Positions 18,435-28,250 of a stretch of 64,000 nucleotides of DNA are shown piece by piece. The stretch is from Turneriella sp. Its GTDB lineage: Bacteria > Spirochaetota > Leptospiria > Turneriellales > Turneriellaceae. The stretch is from the NCBI GenBank assembly GCA_965279515.1, contig CBDIID010000003.1, positions 2,912,001-2,976,000 of the forward strand, given 5' to 3'. Position numbers and translations under genes: made by a program. The notes under the pieces were generated by a model. That model was not told where the DNA came from. It did no database searches and was given only the letters and a program-made list of their open reading frames with translations. Every line of letters starts with the position of its first letter. The stretch's first letter is position 1.

Positions 18435-19523
18435 ATGAATGTTGACAAACTCCCCAAAATAGAGTTTATCGAAATTGCCAAGCTGAACTTTGATCCACAC
18501 AATCCAAGATTACCAACGACGGTTTTGAATACCAAGGATGAAAGTGAAGTCATTGCTTGGATGCTCAAAGACGCGTCTATCCTTGAGCTCATGGGAGCAA
18601 TAGGCGAAAAGGGTTTTTTTCCTGCAGAGCCATTACTGGTCTGTGCAGAAAAAGGCAAATCTGATTCTTATATTGTGGTAGAAGGGAATCGTCGTTTAGC
18701 TGCCTTGAAATTACTTTCTAGACCTGATCTTGCGGCCCAAAAGAAAGCGTCAATTCAAAGTATCATAAGTGAAGCAAACTACACGCCGCAGAAGGTACCA
18801 GCAATTATATATGACACAAGAGCAGAAATCTTGGACTACCTTGGGTTTCGACATATAACTGGTGTAAAGTCCTGGCGGCCGTTAGCTAAAGCAAAGTATC
18901 TAAAAGATTTGAAGAAACAATATGAAAAGCTAAGTCTTGATCAGCAATTCATTCACTTAGCAAAAGCGATTGGAAGTCGGGCAGATTATGCACGCCAGTT
19001 GCTTGTAGGCTTAGAATTATTTGATCGCATTTATGAGAAAAATTATTTTGGAATAGCGGGATTACAAGAAGACACCATTGATTTCGGAGTGTTTTACAAC
19101 GCTCTTCGGTGGAATAACATTGTGAAATTCTTAAATGTAGATCTTCAATCGAAAAAGCCAACTGCAAGGATCGACATGAAAAATCTTGAAGAATTAGTGA
19201 GGTGGGTGGCTGAAAAAAATTCTGAAAATTTCACAAGGCTCGGGGAATCACGAAACTTAAAGCATCTAAATTCCATTGTAGGAAATAAAAAAGCTTTGGC
19301 TGAATTCCGAAGGGGTAAATCTCTTGAGGATGCCGTTATATTTACAGATGAGCCAGATGAAGTTTTTCGAACTTCCATCCAAAGCTCGTTGAAACAACTT
19401 GAAACAGCAAATAGCTATTTCCCAAAAATCGAGATAGTCGACGAATCTGACTTGGAAGATTTAAAATCTATCACAAAAATATCCGCAATTCTTCAAAGTT
19501 CGATCCGTAATAAACTCAACTAG
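18435..19523 (+). CDS. ParB/Srx-like N-terminal domain protein
   Basis: LNFDPHNPRL...EPLLV...VVEGNRRLAALKLL is a ParB/Srx-type GNRR motif; AT-rich. Confidence 0.75.
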   Translation: MNVDKLPKIEFIEIAKLNFDPHNPRLPTTVLNTKDESEVIAWMLKDASILELMGAIGEKGFFPAEPLLVCAEKGKSDSYIVVEGNRRLAALKLLSRPDLAAQKKASIQSIISEANYTPQKVPAIIYDTRAEILDYLGFRHITGVKSWRPLAKAKYLKDLKKQYEKLSLDQQFIHLAKAIGSRADYARQLLVGLELFDRIYEKNYFGIAGLQEDTIDFGVFYNALRWNNIVKFLNVDLQSKKPTARIDMKNLEELVRWVAEKNSENFTRLGESRNLKHLNSIVGNKKALAEFRRGKSLEDAVIFTDEPDEVFRTSIQSSLKQLETANSYFPKIEIVDESDLEDLKSITKISAILQSSIRNKLN

Positions 19524-19526
19524 CAG

Positions 19527-20591
19527 ATGCGGCAGCGGAAGAAGAAGGGAGTAAAGTCTGCTTTAGACGCCAAATACTTTTCAACACTTGAAAAGAATCC
19601 TGATTATTCAAAAACGGATTCGTATTTATGGGCTGACTATATCGAACTTATCTGTTTGGCAAATATTGACGGACAGATTTCAATCGATGCACTGCTGGAT
19701 CGCATAGTGGATAGGCAAAAAGATCTCCAGGAGGCGGATCCGGATGATTTATCAGAACTTAATGGTTTAGAGGCCGAAGATGACATAGCAACTAGACGTT
19801 CTGAGATTATTGATAAGTGGAGAGGAAGTGCCGAAGATTGGTTCAAAGTTCTCGAGGCCCGTGCTGGTACGTATGGTAAAGATTATCCATTCTCGGTTAA
19901 ATCTGGCGATGAGCTGTTTCTTGTTCATAGGCTTACGCAAAGACATCGTTTATATTTATTTTTTCTATTCTGCTCTAATCTTTCTTTTTTTGAAAAACAA
20001 CATCAAACTTTACTCTCAAATAGCTTTGAAATGGTTGCCTTTTGGGCCACCGCTGGGATATTGCCTAAGTCCGCGACAATAGACCTTTTTGGAGCAAATG
20101 CATTAAACGTAAAAGGGAGGTATAAAACCGGCACTACCTTATGGGAAAAAATAAATACACTTACCCAGGAGATTCGCGAAAATCTTCAGCCAAGAATCTC
20201 AGAGGCAAATTACAAGGTTCACAATCATGGGGATGATGGATTAGATATCGTTGGCTACATTCCAACCGGAGATAACCTCTCGAGCATGCCCGTGTTTTTG
20301 GGGCAATGCACTTGTCAAAAAGAGTGGTGGAAAAAACAGTCAGAGTCAAGTTATGACGTTTGGAGCGCAAAAATTACTCTCACAACATATTCGAATAATC
20401 TTATGTATATCCCTTATTGCTTTCGAGGAGCCCGCGGTGAATGGTTTAACTCAGGAAAAATTTCTAAAACGTTTCTCATCGACCGCAAAAGATTACTTCA
20501 TTTTCTTCAAGGAAAAGAGACTCAAGTAAGCAACTTAAGTTGCCAAAAAATTTTGAACAAGATAATCCTACAGAAAGAAGCCGTTTTCTAA
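19527..20591 (+). CDS. Hypothetical protein, putative PD-(D/E)XK (Mrr-like) nuclease
   Basis: FE...GDDGLDIVGY...FLGQCT resembles the Mrr-like DxGxD...Q-C-K core; AT-rich. Confidence 0.55.
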   Translation: MRQRKKKGVKSALDAKYFSTLEKNPDYSKTDSYLWADYIELICLANIDGQISIDALLDRIVDRQKDLQEADPDDLSELNGLEAEDDIATRRSEIIDKWRGSAEDWFKVLEARAGTYGKDYPFSVKSGDELFLVHRLTQRHRLYLFFLFCSNLSFFEKQHQTLLSNSFEMVAFWATAGILPKSATIDLFGANALNVKGRYKTGTTLWEKINTLTQEIRENLQPRISEANYKVHNHGDDGLDIVGYIPTGDNLSSMPVFLGQCTCQKEWWKKQSESSYDVWSAKITLTTYSNNLMYIPYCFRGARGEWFNSGKISKTFLIDRKRLLHFLQGKETQVSNLSCQKILNKIILQKEAVF

Positions 20592-20772
20592 GAAGTATCC
20601 TAAGGTTACATTTTCAGACTCAAAAATTTTATGAATGGATTTGATTTGCATTGGTTTAATGTACCAACGTAGATATCAGTGGTGAAATTTGCGCAGTTCT
20701 GTCACATAACCGCATGTTTGCGCCATTTCGCTTTTTTTCGCAACCCCTGACAGCAAAAAGCATCTTAATAAC

Positions 20773-21558
20773 ATGACGTCTTTTGCCGCCGATACCTATA
20801 CCACGCCCGCCGACCAACATACCGACTGGCAAGACTACCTCTTTCTGCGCTCGCGCTGGTGGCTCTATACCCGCTTCGTCGGCACCGTTTTTCGCTCGCG
20901 CAAGCTCATCGAAGAAAACCGCTATGGCAACGAAAACTGGGCCGATACCTCGCTCGATGTCATGCAGTCGATTGAAGCCGTCGGTGGCCGCTTTGAGATC
21001 ACCGGCATCGACAACCTGCGCAAGGCCGAGGGCCCGCTTGTAATCATCGCCAACCACATGAGCGCACTCGAAACCTTCGTGCTGCCCTGCCTGGTGACTC
21101 CCATTAAGCCCACGACCTTTGTCGTGAAAGAGAAGCTCATGCGGGGATTGTTCTTTGGCAAGATCATGAAGTCGCGCGACCCGATCGTTGTCGGCCGTGA
21201 AAATGCCCGTGAAGATATGGAGATCGTACTGCGCGAAGGCGAGAAGCGCCTCAGAGAAGGTAAATCCGTCATTCTGTTTCCCGAAGGCACGCGCCAGGCG
21301 GGTTTTGTACCGGAGAATTTCAATTCGCTCGGCACCAAGCTTGGCAAGCGCGCCGGAGTCAAGGTGATGCCAGTCGCTCTTAAAACCGACTTCTGGAGCA
21401 ATGGCCGTTTTCTGAAGGGCTTTGGTCCCCTGAAGCGCAAGCGCCGCATCCACATCGCCTTTGGCGAAGCGATGGATGTGGAAAAGAAAGAGAAAGAGAC
21501 CCACCAGAAAATTATCGATTTTATCGGTTCACGCTTCAACCAGTGGAAAAACTCCTGA
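20773..21558 (+). CDS. Lysophospholipid acyltransferase (PlsC family)
   Basis: ANHMSALE and LFPEGTR motifs. Confidence 0.9.
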   Translation: MTSFAADTYTTPADQHTDWQDYLFLRSRWWLYTRFVGTVFRSRKLIEENRYGNENWADTSLDVMQSIEAVGGRFEITGIDNLRKAEGPLVIIANHMSALETFVLPCLVTPIKPTTFVVKEKLMRGLFFGKIMKSRDPIVVGRENAREDMEIVLREGEKRLREGKSVILFPEGTRQAGFVPENFNSLGTKLGKRAGVKVMPVALKTDFWSNGRFLKGFGPLKRKRRIHIAFGEAMDVEKKEKETHQKIIDFIGSRFNQWKNS

Positions 21559-21657
21559 TCTAAAATTTGAATTGTTTTTCTGCTCGCGGTTCGCTAAGAT
21601 GCCGCGAGGGAAGTTCTGATTCGCAAGCATCCATCCCCCCTGTTCTTTTGCCTGCTG

Positions 21658-22596
21658 TTGGCATTTTGCCGCGGCGAAGCGACGACCGACGTCTCGCAGC
21701 TTGTGGCCGGCAAGAAAGAAGAAGTCTATGGCGACATGGAGGTCGCGCAGAAGGCTGAAGTCTCCGATACCGCTTACGCGCGCTCGATCAACTTCGGCGT
21801 CACACCCTGGGGCGACATCGAAAAGATGCGCAAGGCCTACCAGCCGCTCTCGGCGTATCTTTCTGAAAAACTCAATGCGCGCGTGCGCCTCATGATTGTG
21901 CAGGAATACCGCGAGCTGGTGACCGACCTCAAGCGCGGTATCGTGCAGATCGCATCGTTTTCACCGGGTGCCTATGCGGACGCGCTCGACGAGGGCATCG
22001 ATAAGGATTCGATCTACGTCGCTTCGTCGCAGCTCAAGGGGAAGGATTTTTACCGCGGCATCATCGTCGTTAAGAATGAAGTGAAAGACCTTGCGGCACT
22101 CAAGGGTAAGTCCTTCGCCTTTGTAGAGACCGGTTCTTCTTCGGGATACAAATATCCGCTGGCGCTGTTTCTCTCCCAAAGAATCGATCCCGACAGGTAT
22201 TTTTCGAAGGTATACTTTCTCGGCTCGCACCCGAATGTCGTGGAAGCGGTGATCAACGGCAAGGTCGATGCGGGCGCTACGTGGGATGGATACATTGAGG
22301 AGAACTATCCCACGAACCCGCCGGGCATTAAGGTGCTCATGAAAACCGACCCGATACCCTACGATGCTGTCGTCGTCAGCCGCAAGAAAGGCGCCGATTT
22401 AGCGCCGAAGCTCCGCGAAATTCTGACGGGCCTCAAAAGTTATACGCTCACCAAAAGCGGGGATAAAATTCTCAATCTCGATACGGGTTTTCCGTATTCG
22501 GGTTATGTCGTGCATTCCGAAGCGATCTATGACATCGTGCGGCGCACTGGCAAAATAGTCGGCCGTTATAAAAAGCCGGAGAAGCGCGATGAGTAA
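21658..22596 (+). CDS. PhnD-like phosphate/phosphonate substrate-binding protein
   Basis: GKSFAFVETGSSSGYKYP and GSHPNVVEAVINGKVDAGA. The true start is probably upstream (~21616). Confidence 0.85.
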   Translation: MAFCRGEATTDVSQLVAGKKEEVYGDMEVAQKAEVSDTAYARSINFGVTPWGDIEKMRKAYQPLSAYLSEKLNARVRLMIVQEYRELVTDLKRGIVQIASFSPGAYADALDEGIDKDSIYVASSQLKGKDFYRGIIVVKNEVKDLAALKGKSFAFVETGSSSGYKYPLALFLSQRIDPDRYFSKVYFLGSHPNVVEAVINGKVDAGATWDGYIEENYPTNPPGIKVLMKTDPIPYDAVVVSRKKGADLAPKLREILTGLKSYTLTKSGDKILNLDTGFPYSGYVVHSEAIYDIVRRTGKIVGRYKKPEKRDE

Positions 22597-24625
22597 TGAA
22601 CCATCGTCGCGCCTGACGCGGCTCCTGAGAAAACTCGATGACCGCGTGCACGTACCCGACTGGATGCGCCGCCGCATCGAAAAGTACTCCGTCGCCTCGA
22701 AGATTAACTTTATCATTCTTACGGCAGTTCTGCCGATGCTGTTCATTCTTTCGATGATCTTTCTGGTACTGTTTTTCCAGATCAGCAACCAGATCGAGTC
22801 GACCCTCGTGCAGAAAATGATTTCGGCGAAAAATTCGTACAACTTCTATGAGCGTACGACGCTGGTCTATGCCCGCATTCTTGCCGAAAACATGCAAATT
22901 AAAAAGGAACTGCTCGCAGATACGATCAATGTCGGGCCGATTCTGCGCGTTTGCCGCCAGGTACAGTCGGGGGTTTCGCTGGGCCGTATCACCATCTACG
23001 ATCGTAAAGGTTTCGTCGTGGTGCGCAGCCACAACCCGGGCGAATTCGGCGAAGATGAAAGTAAATCCCCGGCGATTGCGCGTGCGCTCGAAAAGGGCGA
23101 AAGCACCGCGGCGCTGGCGATGGACAGGGGCCAGTTAGTGCTGCAAAATACCGTGCCCGTGTATTTTGAAGATGACCGCGTCGGGGCGATCACGGCAGGT
23201 TATACCCTCGACCACCAGTTCACGCGCACCGTCGCCGACCTCACGCAATCGGGAATCTTTATCATTTTGAATGGCAAGATCATCGCATCGTCGTTTGCGC
23301 CGGCTTTGAAAGATATGGATACTGATTATCCCGCCGAGAACCGCGATTATTCACTTTCACGGCGGGTTGTTCATAAAGATAAAAAGGATGTTGTACGTTC
23401 CGACGATATGGACTTCCGGTACATACCGATCGTTACCACCCCGACAAGCGCCGAAATTCAAAAGGCGGGTGTTGCGGTCGCGTTGAAGCCCTCGTATCCG
23501 CGTTACCTGCTCTATATTTTATTCTGGGGCGCATTTCTTTTGATTCTGATTGTGATTCTTTTAGGAATTTTGCTTTCATTCAAAATCGGCCATCGTATCG
23601 CGGGTTCGGCACGGGCCGTGTCGCAGGCCATGGTGCGGTTCACCGAGGGTGACCTCGATACCCGTGTCGACGGGGTTTCGACCGATGAACTCGGTAAGGT
23701 GGCGCATGGTTTTAACCAGATGGCTGCCGAGCTGCAGCGCCGTATCAAATATATCCGCGATACGAATGAAAACCTCGAAGCGCTGATCGGCGAACGCACG
23801 CAAGATCTCAACGAGGCGCTGCTGCGCGTTACGGGCCTTGAAGAAATGCAGCAGGGGGATTACCTGCTGATGTCGCTGCTCTTGACCCCGCTCAGTGCAT
23901 CCGATATGGCTTTGGGCAAACTCACGGCGACATTTCTTATCGAACAGAAAAAGCGGTTTTCTTTCAAAGGGCAATCCGGCGCCATCGGCGGCGACTATGC
24001 GAAATTCGCGGCACTCTCTTTTAAGGGCTCGCGCTCGCCGTGGTTGTTCTTCTTTAACGGCGATGCAATGGGTAAGTCAAGCCAGGGCGCTGCCGGCGCA
24101 CTGATCTGCGGGGTTACGCTGCAATCGATACTGGCACGTTTCGCGGATAAAAAACCGATCGGCGAAACGCCGGAGACCTGGCTCAGGAATGTGTACCGTG
24201 AACTCGACGAGATTTTCAGCCTTTTTCAGGGATCGATGAATATGTCGGCGGTATTCGGTCTCGTCAACTCTGCCCGCGGCGACACGTATTACATCAACGC
24301 GGAACATCCGCGCCTGGTGCTGTACCGCAAGAAACACGCTGACTTTGTCGAAGACGCGCAGCGCACGGCAAAACTCGGCGTCACCTCATCGGCGAAAAAG
24401 CCGCGGGTGCATTTTATCCGCCTGCGCGCCGGTGACGTGCTGCTCGCGGGGTCTGACGGAAAGGACGATATTGAAATCGGCGGAACCATCGACTCCGATG
24501 ACGAGAGATTTCTTTCTGTTATCCGCCACGCCGGCACCGATCTCAATTCCATCGTCGCGGAGATCGACCGCCAGGGTATCCGCAACGACGATTTTTCACT
24601 CCTGCGGATTTCCCTGAGCGGATAA
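22589..24625 (+). CDS. Membrane sensor: Cache-like periplasmic domain, HAMP, SpoIIE/PP2C phosphatase
   Basis: Two TM helices, DELGKVAHGFNQM (HAMP), IGGD, GDAMGKS, SDG, NDDFSLL. Confidence 0.88.
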   Translation: MSNEPSSRLTRLLRKLDDRVHVPDWMRRRIEKYSVASKINFIILTAVLPMLFILSMIFLVLFFQISNQIESTLVQKMISAKNSYNFYERTTLVYARILAENMQIKKELLADTINVGPILRVCRQVQSGVSLGRITIYDRKGFVVVRSHNPGEFGEDESKSPAIARALEKGESTAALAMDRGQLVLQNTVPVYFEDDRVGAITAGYTLDHQFTRTVADLTQSGIFIILNGKIIASSFAPALKDMDTDYPAENRDYSLSRRVVHKDKKDVVRSDDMDFRYIPIVTTPTSAEIQKAGVAVALKPSYPRYLLYILFWGAFLLILIVILLGILLSFKIGHRIAGSARAVSQAMVRFTEGDLDTRVDGVSTDELGKVAHGFNQMAAELQRRIKYIRDTNENLEALIGERTQDLNEALLRVTGLEEMQQGDYLLMSLLLTPLSASDMALGKLTATFLIEQKKRFSFKGQSGAIGGDYAKFAALSFKGSRSPWLFFFNGDAMGKSSQGAAGALICGVTLQSILARFADKKPIGETPETWLRNVYRELDEIFSLFQGSMNMSAVFGLVNSARGDTYYINAEHPRLVLYRKKHADFVEDAQRTAKLGVTSSAKKPRVHFIRLRAGDVLLAGSDGKDDIEIGGTIDSDDERFLSVIRHAGTDLNSIVAEIDRQGIRNDDFSLLRISLSG

Positions 24626-25138
24626 AATCCGCGGGAAAAGCAGGCCGGTTTCGATTCTCATGTGCTCGGCGAGATCGCGATTCAGCTGCCTGAGCTTGTA
24701 CGATAACAGCGCCAGTACCGGAACATAACCGCCGCTGACAGAGATGGCATCTGCCAGCATGCGGATGCGATCCATCTCTGTTTCATGGTGTTTGTGTTCG
24801 GTCAGCATCTGGCGAATGGCGCCCGAATATTGCCGCGATACTTCTTGCGGGGTGCGGCCGGCAGCATCGCTCTGTTCAATCCACGGGAAAAGGATTCGCT
24901 CCTCATCGGTAAGATGTTGCCGCATCTCGTCGTGGTATTTTTTCCAAATGAGGCCCAGCGTCGTCAGTTCAGGCAGCGGGTCGGTAATTTCCTTATGCGC
25001 ACGTTGAATGAGCTCGGCGATTTCATCCATAATATTGCGGGTGAATTCGTGGTGTGTAAACACCAGGTAGCGGATGACCTGGAGATTATTCATCTTCGGT
25101 ATATTTTCTGCCAGCGTCTCGTCTTCTTTCGTTTCCAT
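24596..25138 (-). CDS. Hemerythrin/HHE domain protein (Ric-like)
   Basis: HHEF, HLTDEERILFP, EHKHH, HMRIETGLLFP. Confidence 0.82.
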   Translation of the reverse strand: METKEDETLAENIPKMNNLQVIRYLVFTHHEFTRNIMDEIAELIQRAHKEITDPLPELTTLGLIWKKYHDEMRQHLTDEERILFPWIEQSDAAGRTPQEVSRQYSGAIRQMLTEHKHHETEMDRIRMLADAISVSGGYVPVLALLSYKLRQLNRDLAEHMRIETGLLFPRILSAQGNPQE

Positions 25139-25242
25139 AGCGTTAAAGGCAACGGGGGGGCAGCGCGTCAAATACAATAGATAAAAAGGTAGTTATATCC
25201 TGAATTGGATTGACGCCGTCTCGCGGTGACGCAAAGGAGCGC

Positions 25243-26256
25243 ATGCCACTCATTTCGCAGGAAAACAGCGGGGAGCTGTTTACGGCCAATGGTTTCCATT
25301 TTTCTCCCCACCGCGAACCGCACCGCACACGCACCAAGCAGATACTCCTCAAACATCCAGAAATCCGCACGCTCAACGGCCGCAATATCTGGTCGTCGGT
25401 GATTATTCTCAGCATTGTGGCGCTGCAGATCGTGGTTGCCGCGTGGAGCGCAACACAAGCTATCTGGGTGCCGTTTGTCGCTGCCTTCGCCATCGGTGCC
25501 TTTGCCAACCACGCGCTCTTTGTGATGATTCACGAAGCGTCGCATAACCTGATCTTCAAATCGCGGGTACTCAACAAAATCTTTGGTATTCTCTGCAACC
25601 TGCCGATGGGTTTTCCAAGCTCCGAATCATTCCAGCGTTACCATCTCAAACACCATATCTACCAGGGCGTCTACGAGCTCGATGCCGATCTCGCCTCTGA
25701 ATGGGAGGCAAGGCTTGTGGGCAACTCTGCCTTCGGCAAAGCGCTTTGGCTTCTGCTGTATCCCGTGGTGCAGGCGAGCCGGCCTTTCCGGCTGAAAGAA
25801 ATCCGCCTGTTCGACGGCTGGATTGCCTTCAACTGGCTGTGCCAAATCGTCTTCAACGTGGCGGTTGTCTGGTTTCTCGGGCCGATGGCGTTAGTCTACA
25901 TGCTGGCTTCATTATTTTTCTCAGTGGGATTACACATTCTGGGCGCCCGCTGGATCCAGGAGCACTACCTGCTCCATGCGCCTCAGGAGACATACAGCTA
26001 CTACGGGCCGCTGAACTGGCTTGCCTTCAATGTCGGCTATCACAACGAACACCACGATTTTCCCGCGGTGCCATGGAACAATTTACCAGCGATCAGGCAG
26101 GCGGCGCCCGAAGCCTATGACAGCCTGGTTTCACACAAATCCTGGACGCGCCTGCTGTTTCGTTTTTTATTCGATCCGTCGATCGACCTGCACTCGCGCA
26201 TGGTGCGCAGTGACCGCGGCGGCATACCCCTCGATGCGGAGACTAAAGAGCCATGA
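25243..26256 (+). CDS. Sphingolipid delta-4 desaturase (DEGS/DES1-like)
   Basis: N-terminal EPHRTRTKQILLKHPEI (Lipid_DES-like), His boxes HEASHN, HLKHH, HNEHHDFP, and ETYSYYGPLN; AAGGAG RBS before ATG 25243. Confidence 0.85.
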   Translation: MPLISQENSGELFTANGFHFSPHREPHRTRTKQILLKHPEIRTLNGRNIWSSVIILSIVALQIVVAAWSATQAIWVPFVAAFAIGAFANHALFVMIHEASHNLIFKSRVLNKIFGILCNLPMGFPSSESFQRYHLKHHIYQGVYELDADLASEWEARLVGNSAFGKALWLLLYPVVQASRPFRLKEIRLFDGWIAFNWLCQIVFNVAVVWFLGPMALVYMLASLFFSVGLHILGARWIQEHYLLHAPQETYSYYGPLNWLAFNVGYHNEHHDFPAVPWNNLPAIRQAAPEAYDSLVSHKSWTRLLFRFLFDPSIDLHSRMVRSDRGGIPLDAETKEP

Positions 26257-26936
26257 GTACCACGAAAAAACCAAAATCCATCCGCGAGGCGATGGCGACG
26301 AGCGAGACCATCCGCATGTTCCAGAACCCGCTTTTAGAAAGGCTGAGTCATGTGCATCCCGCGACGCCGTTTCTGATCTACATTCCCGTTGTCATTGTGC
26401 TGGGATACTTTTCGACGCAGACAACAAATCTCAGTATTCCTGAAATTTCTGCAGCGCTCGTGGCGGGCCTGCTGTTCTGGACTTTCGTAGAATATTGCCT
26501 GCACCGTTTCCTGTTCCATATCCCGCAGACCAACCGCGTCTTTAAGGCCATCTATTTCTATTCGCATGGTATTCACCACGAAAAACCGCGCGATGCAACG
26601 CGGCTTGTCATGCCGCCCGGTGCAAGCATTCCACTCGCTGTCGGCCTGTTTTTTCTCTTCCGCTGGCTATTGCCCGCCTATTATCTGCCCTTCACCGCGG
26701 GGTTTATCACCGGCTACCTGATCTATGACTTTTTGCATTTTGCCGTGCATTTTTTCCAATTCCGCAGCGCTTATTTCAAGATGATTCGCCGCAACCACAT
26801 GATGCACCATTACCGCGCCCCGCTCAAGAATTTCGGTTTCACTTCACCCTTTTGGGATTTCATCGGTGGTTCGTATTTCCGTACCCGTAAGGAAGATAAG
26901 GGCATCGACGATCATTCGGGCTTAAAGCCCCTCTAG
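26253..26936 (+). CDS. Fatty acid 2-hydroxylase (FA2H/Scs7-like)
   Basis: WTFVEYCLHRFLFH, HGIHH...RLVMPP, GYLIYDFLH, HMMHHY, FGFTSPFWD; ATGA overlap with the desaturase. Confidence 0.85.
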   Translation: MSTTKKPKSIREAMATSETIRMFQNPLLERLSHVHPATPFLIYIPVVIVLGYFSTQTTNLSIPEISAALVAGLLFWTFVEYCLHRFLFHIPQTNRVFKAIYFYSHGIHHEKPRDATRLVMPPGASIPLAVGLFFLFRWLLPAYYLPFTAGFITGYLIYDFLHFAVHFFQFRSAYFKMIRRNHMMHHYRAPLKNFGFTSPFWDFIGGSYFRTRKEDKGIDDHSGLKPL

Positions 26937-26939
26937 TTA

Positions 26940-28250
26940 ATGAAAATTCCCGAGCTGTTGATGCCGGCCGGCAGCCTGCATAAGCTGCGTGTGGCGGTCG
27001 AATACGGTGCCGACGCGGTCTATTGCGGCGTGCCGCGCTATTCACTGCGGGCGCGGGAGAACGAATTCCGGCTGCACAACCTTGCCGATGCGGTTAGCTT
27101 CGTACGCAGCCGCGGCAAAAAGATCTATTTCACGGTGAATGCCATTCCCCGTAACTCGAAGATTCCCGGTTATCTCAAATACCTGAAGGCCATGGCCGCG
27201 CTGAACCCCGACGGGCTCATCATGGCCGACCCGGGTCTTATTCTGATCACGCGGGAAAATTTTCCCGATCTGCCCGTGCATATCTCGGTGCAGGCGAATA
27301 CCATGAACTATGCGGCTGTCGAATTCTGGCGGCGCATCGGCGCGAAGCGCATCATTCTCTCGCGCGAAGTTACCCTCGCGGAAATTCGTGAGATCCGTGA
27401 AAAATCGCCCGGTATCGAACTCGAAGTATTCGTGCACGGTTCGATCTGCATTGCGCATAGCGGGCGCTGCTTCATGAGCAACTATTTTGGCAACCGCGAT
27501 GCTAACCAGGGTGCCTGCAACAATGCCTGCCGCGAACCTTACCGCATCTATCTGCAGAATCCGCAAAAAGAAAACGCAGCGATGGAGCTGATCAGCGATG
27601 AAGAGGGCACCTTCCTGATGAATTCGAAAGATTTGCGCGCCATCGAATTTCTTGATGAACTTGCCGAAATCGGCGTCGACTCGATCAAGGTCGAGGGCCG
27701 CACGAAAAATGATTATTATGCGGCCATGATCTCGCGCATCTACCGCCGCGCACTGGATGATATCCGCGCTGGAAAAAAATTCGACCGCAGCCTCGTGGCA
27801 GAGCTCGACAAAGTCGCCTCGCGCAAATATTTTTCGGGATTCCTGACCCGGGGCCGCGAAGACCAGTTGCCAGCCGATGAGCTGGAATTCCAGAACACCG
27901 AAGGCGGCTCAGAGCGCTGGCGCACCCGTTTTTACGCCGGCTGCGTAAAACGGCAGGATGAAAATGGCATCTGCTGGTTCGATCTCAAAACCCGGCTTGA
28001 AAGCGGCGATACTCTCGAAATCTTTTTCCCCGGAGAATTCGTCTCGAAATTTGCACCGGTCGGTGAGATTATATGCCGCGGGGCGAAACACCCGTGCCTA
28101 AGCGGCGGTATCGGCGAGGTCGGCCTCTACCTGCCCTTCACGGTTCCTGAAAATGCCTTCGTCGCCCGGGTCGTGGGCGAAGGTGTCACTTCTTCGCCGT
28201 CTGTGCCAATGCTGTCGGATTTCCAAAGAGCTGCCGCAGTTTCTCCCTGA
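26940..28250 (+). CDS. Peptidase U32 family protein (TrhP/YegQ-like tRNA hydroxylation)
   Basis: PELLMPAG, GADAVY, FVHGSICIAHSGRC, NQGACNNACR, SIKVEGR. Confidence 0.9.
   Translation: MKIPELLMPAGSLHKLRVAVEYGADAVYCGVPRYSLRARENEFRLHNLADAVSFVRSRGKKIYFTVNAIPRNSKIPGYLKYLKAMAALNPDGLIMADPGLILITRENFPDLPVHISVQANTMNYAAVEFWRRIGAKRIILSREVTLAEIREIREKSPGIELEVFVHGSICIAHSGRCFMSNYFGNRDANQGACNNACREPYRIYLQNPQKENAAMELISDEEGTFLMNSKDLRAIEFLDELAEIGVDSIKVEGRTKNDYYAAMISRIYRRALDDIRAGKKFDRSLVAELDKVASRKYFSGFLTRGREDQLPADELEFQNTEGGSERWRTRFYAGCVKRQDENGICWFDLKTRLESGDTLEIFFPGEFVSKFAPVGEIICRGAKHPCLSGGIGEVGLYLPFTVPENAFVARVVGEGVTSSPSVPMLSDFQRAAAVSP

Noticed and set aside
18407..18445. ATG overlapping the MTase stop as the start of the ParB-like gene
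   Set aside because: It is out of frame with the long ORF and stops after 12 codons; ATG 18435 retained.
14093..20591. A single integrative element or prophage from the recombinase to the end of the island
   Set aside because: Two host-like GC-rich metabolic genes separate them; no att direct repeats, tRNA target or phage genes were seen.
20701..20745. CACATAAC... as an attC left end at the right border of the island
   Set aside because: No complementary arm and no match to the 23-nt repeat; too weak.
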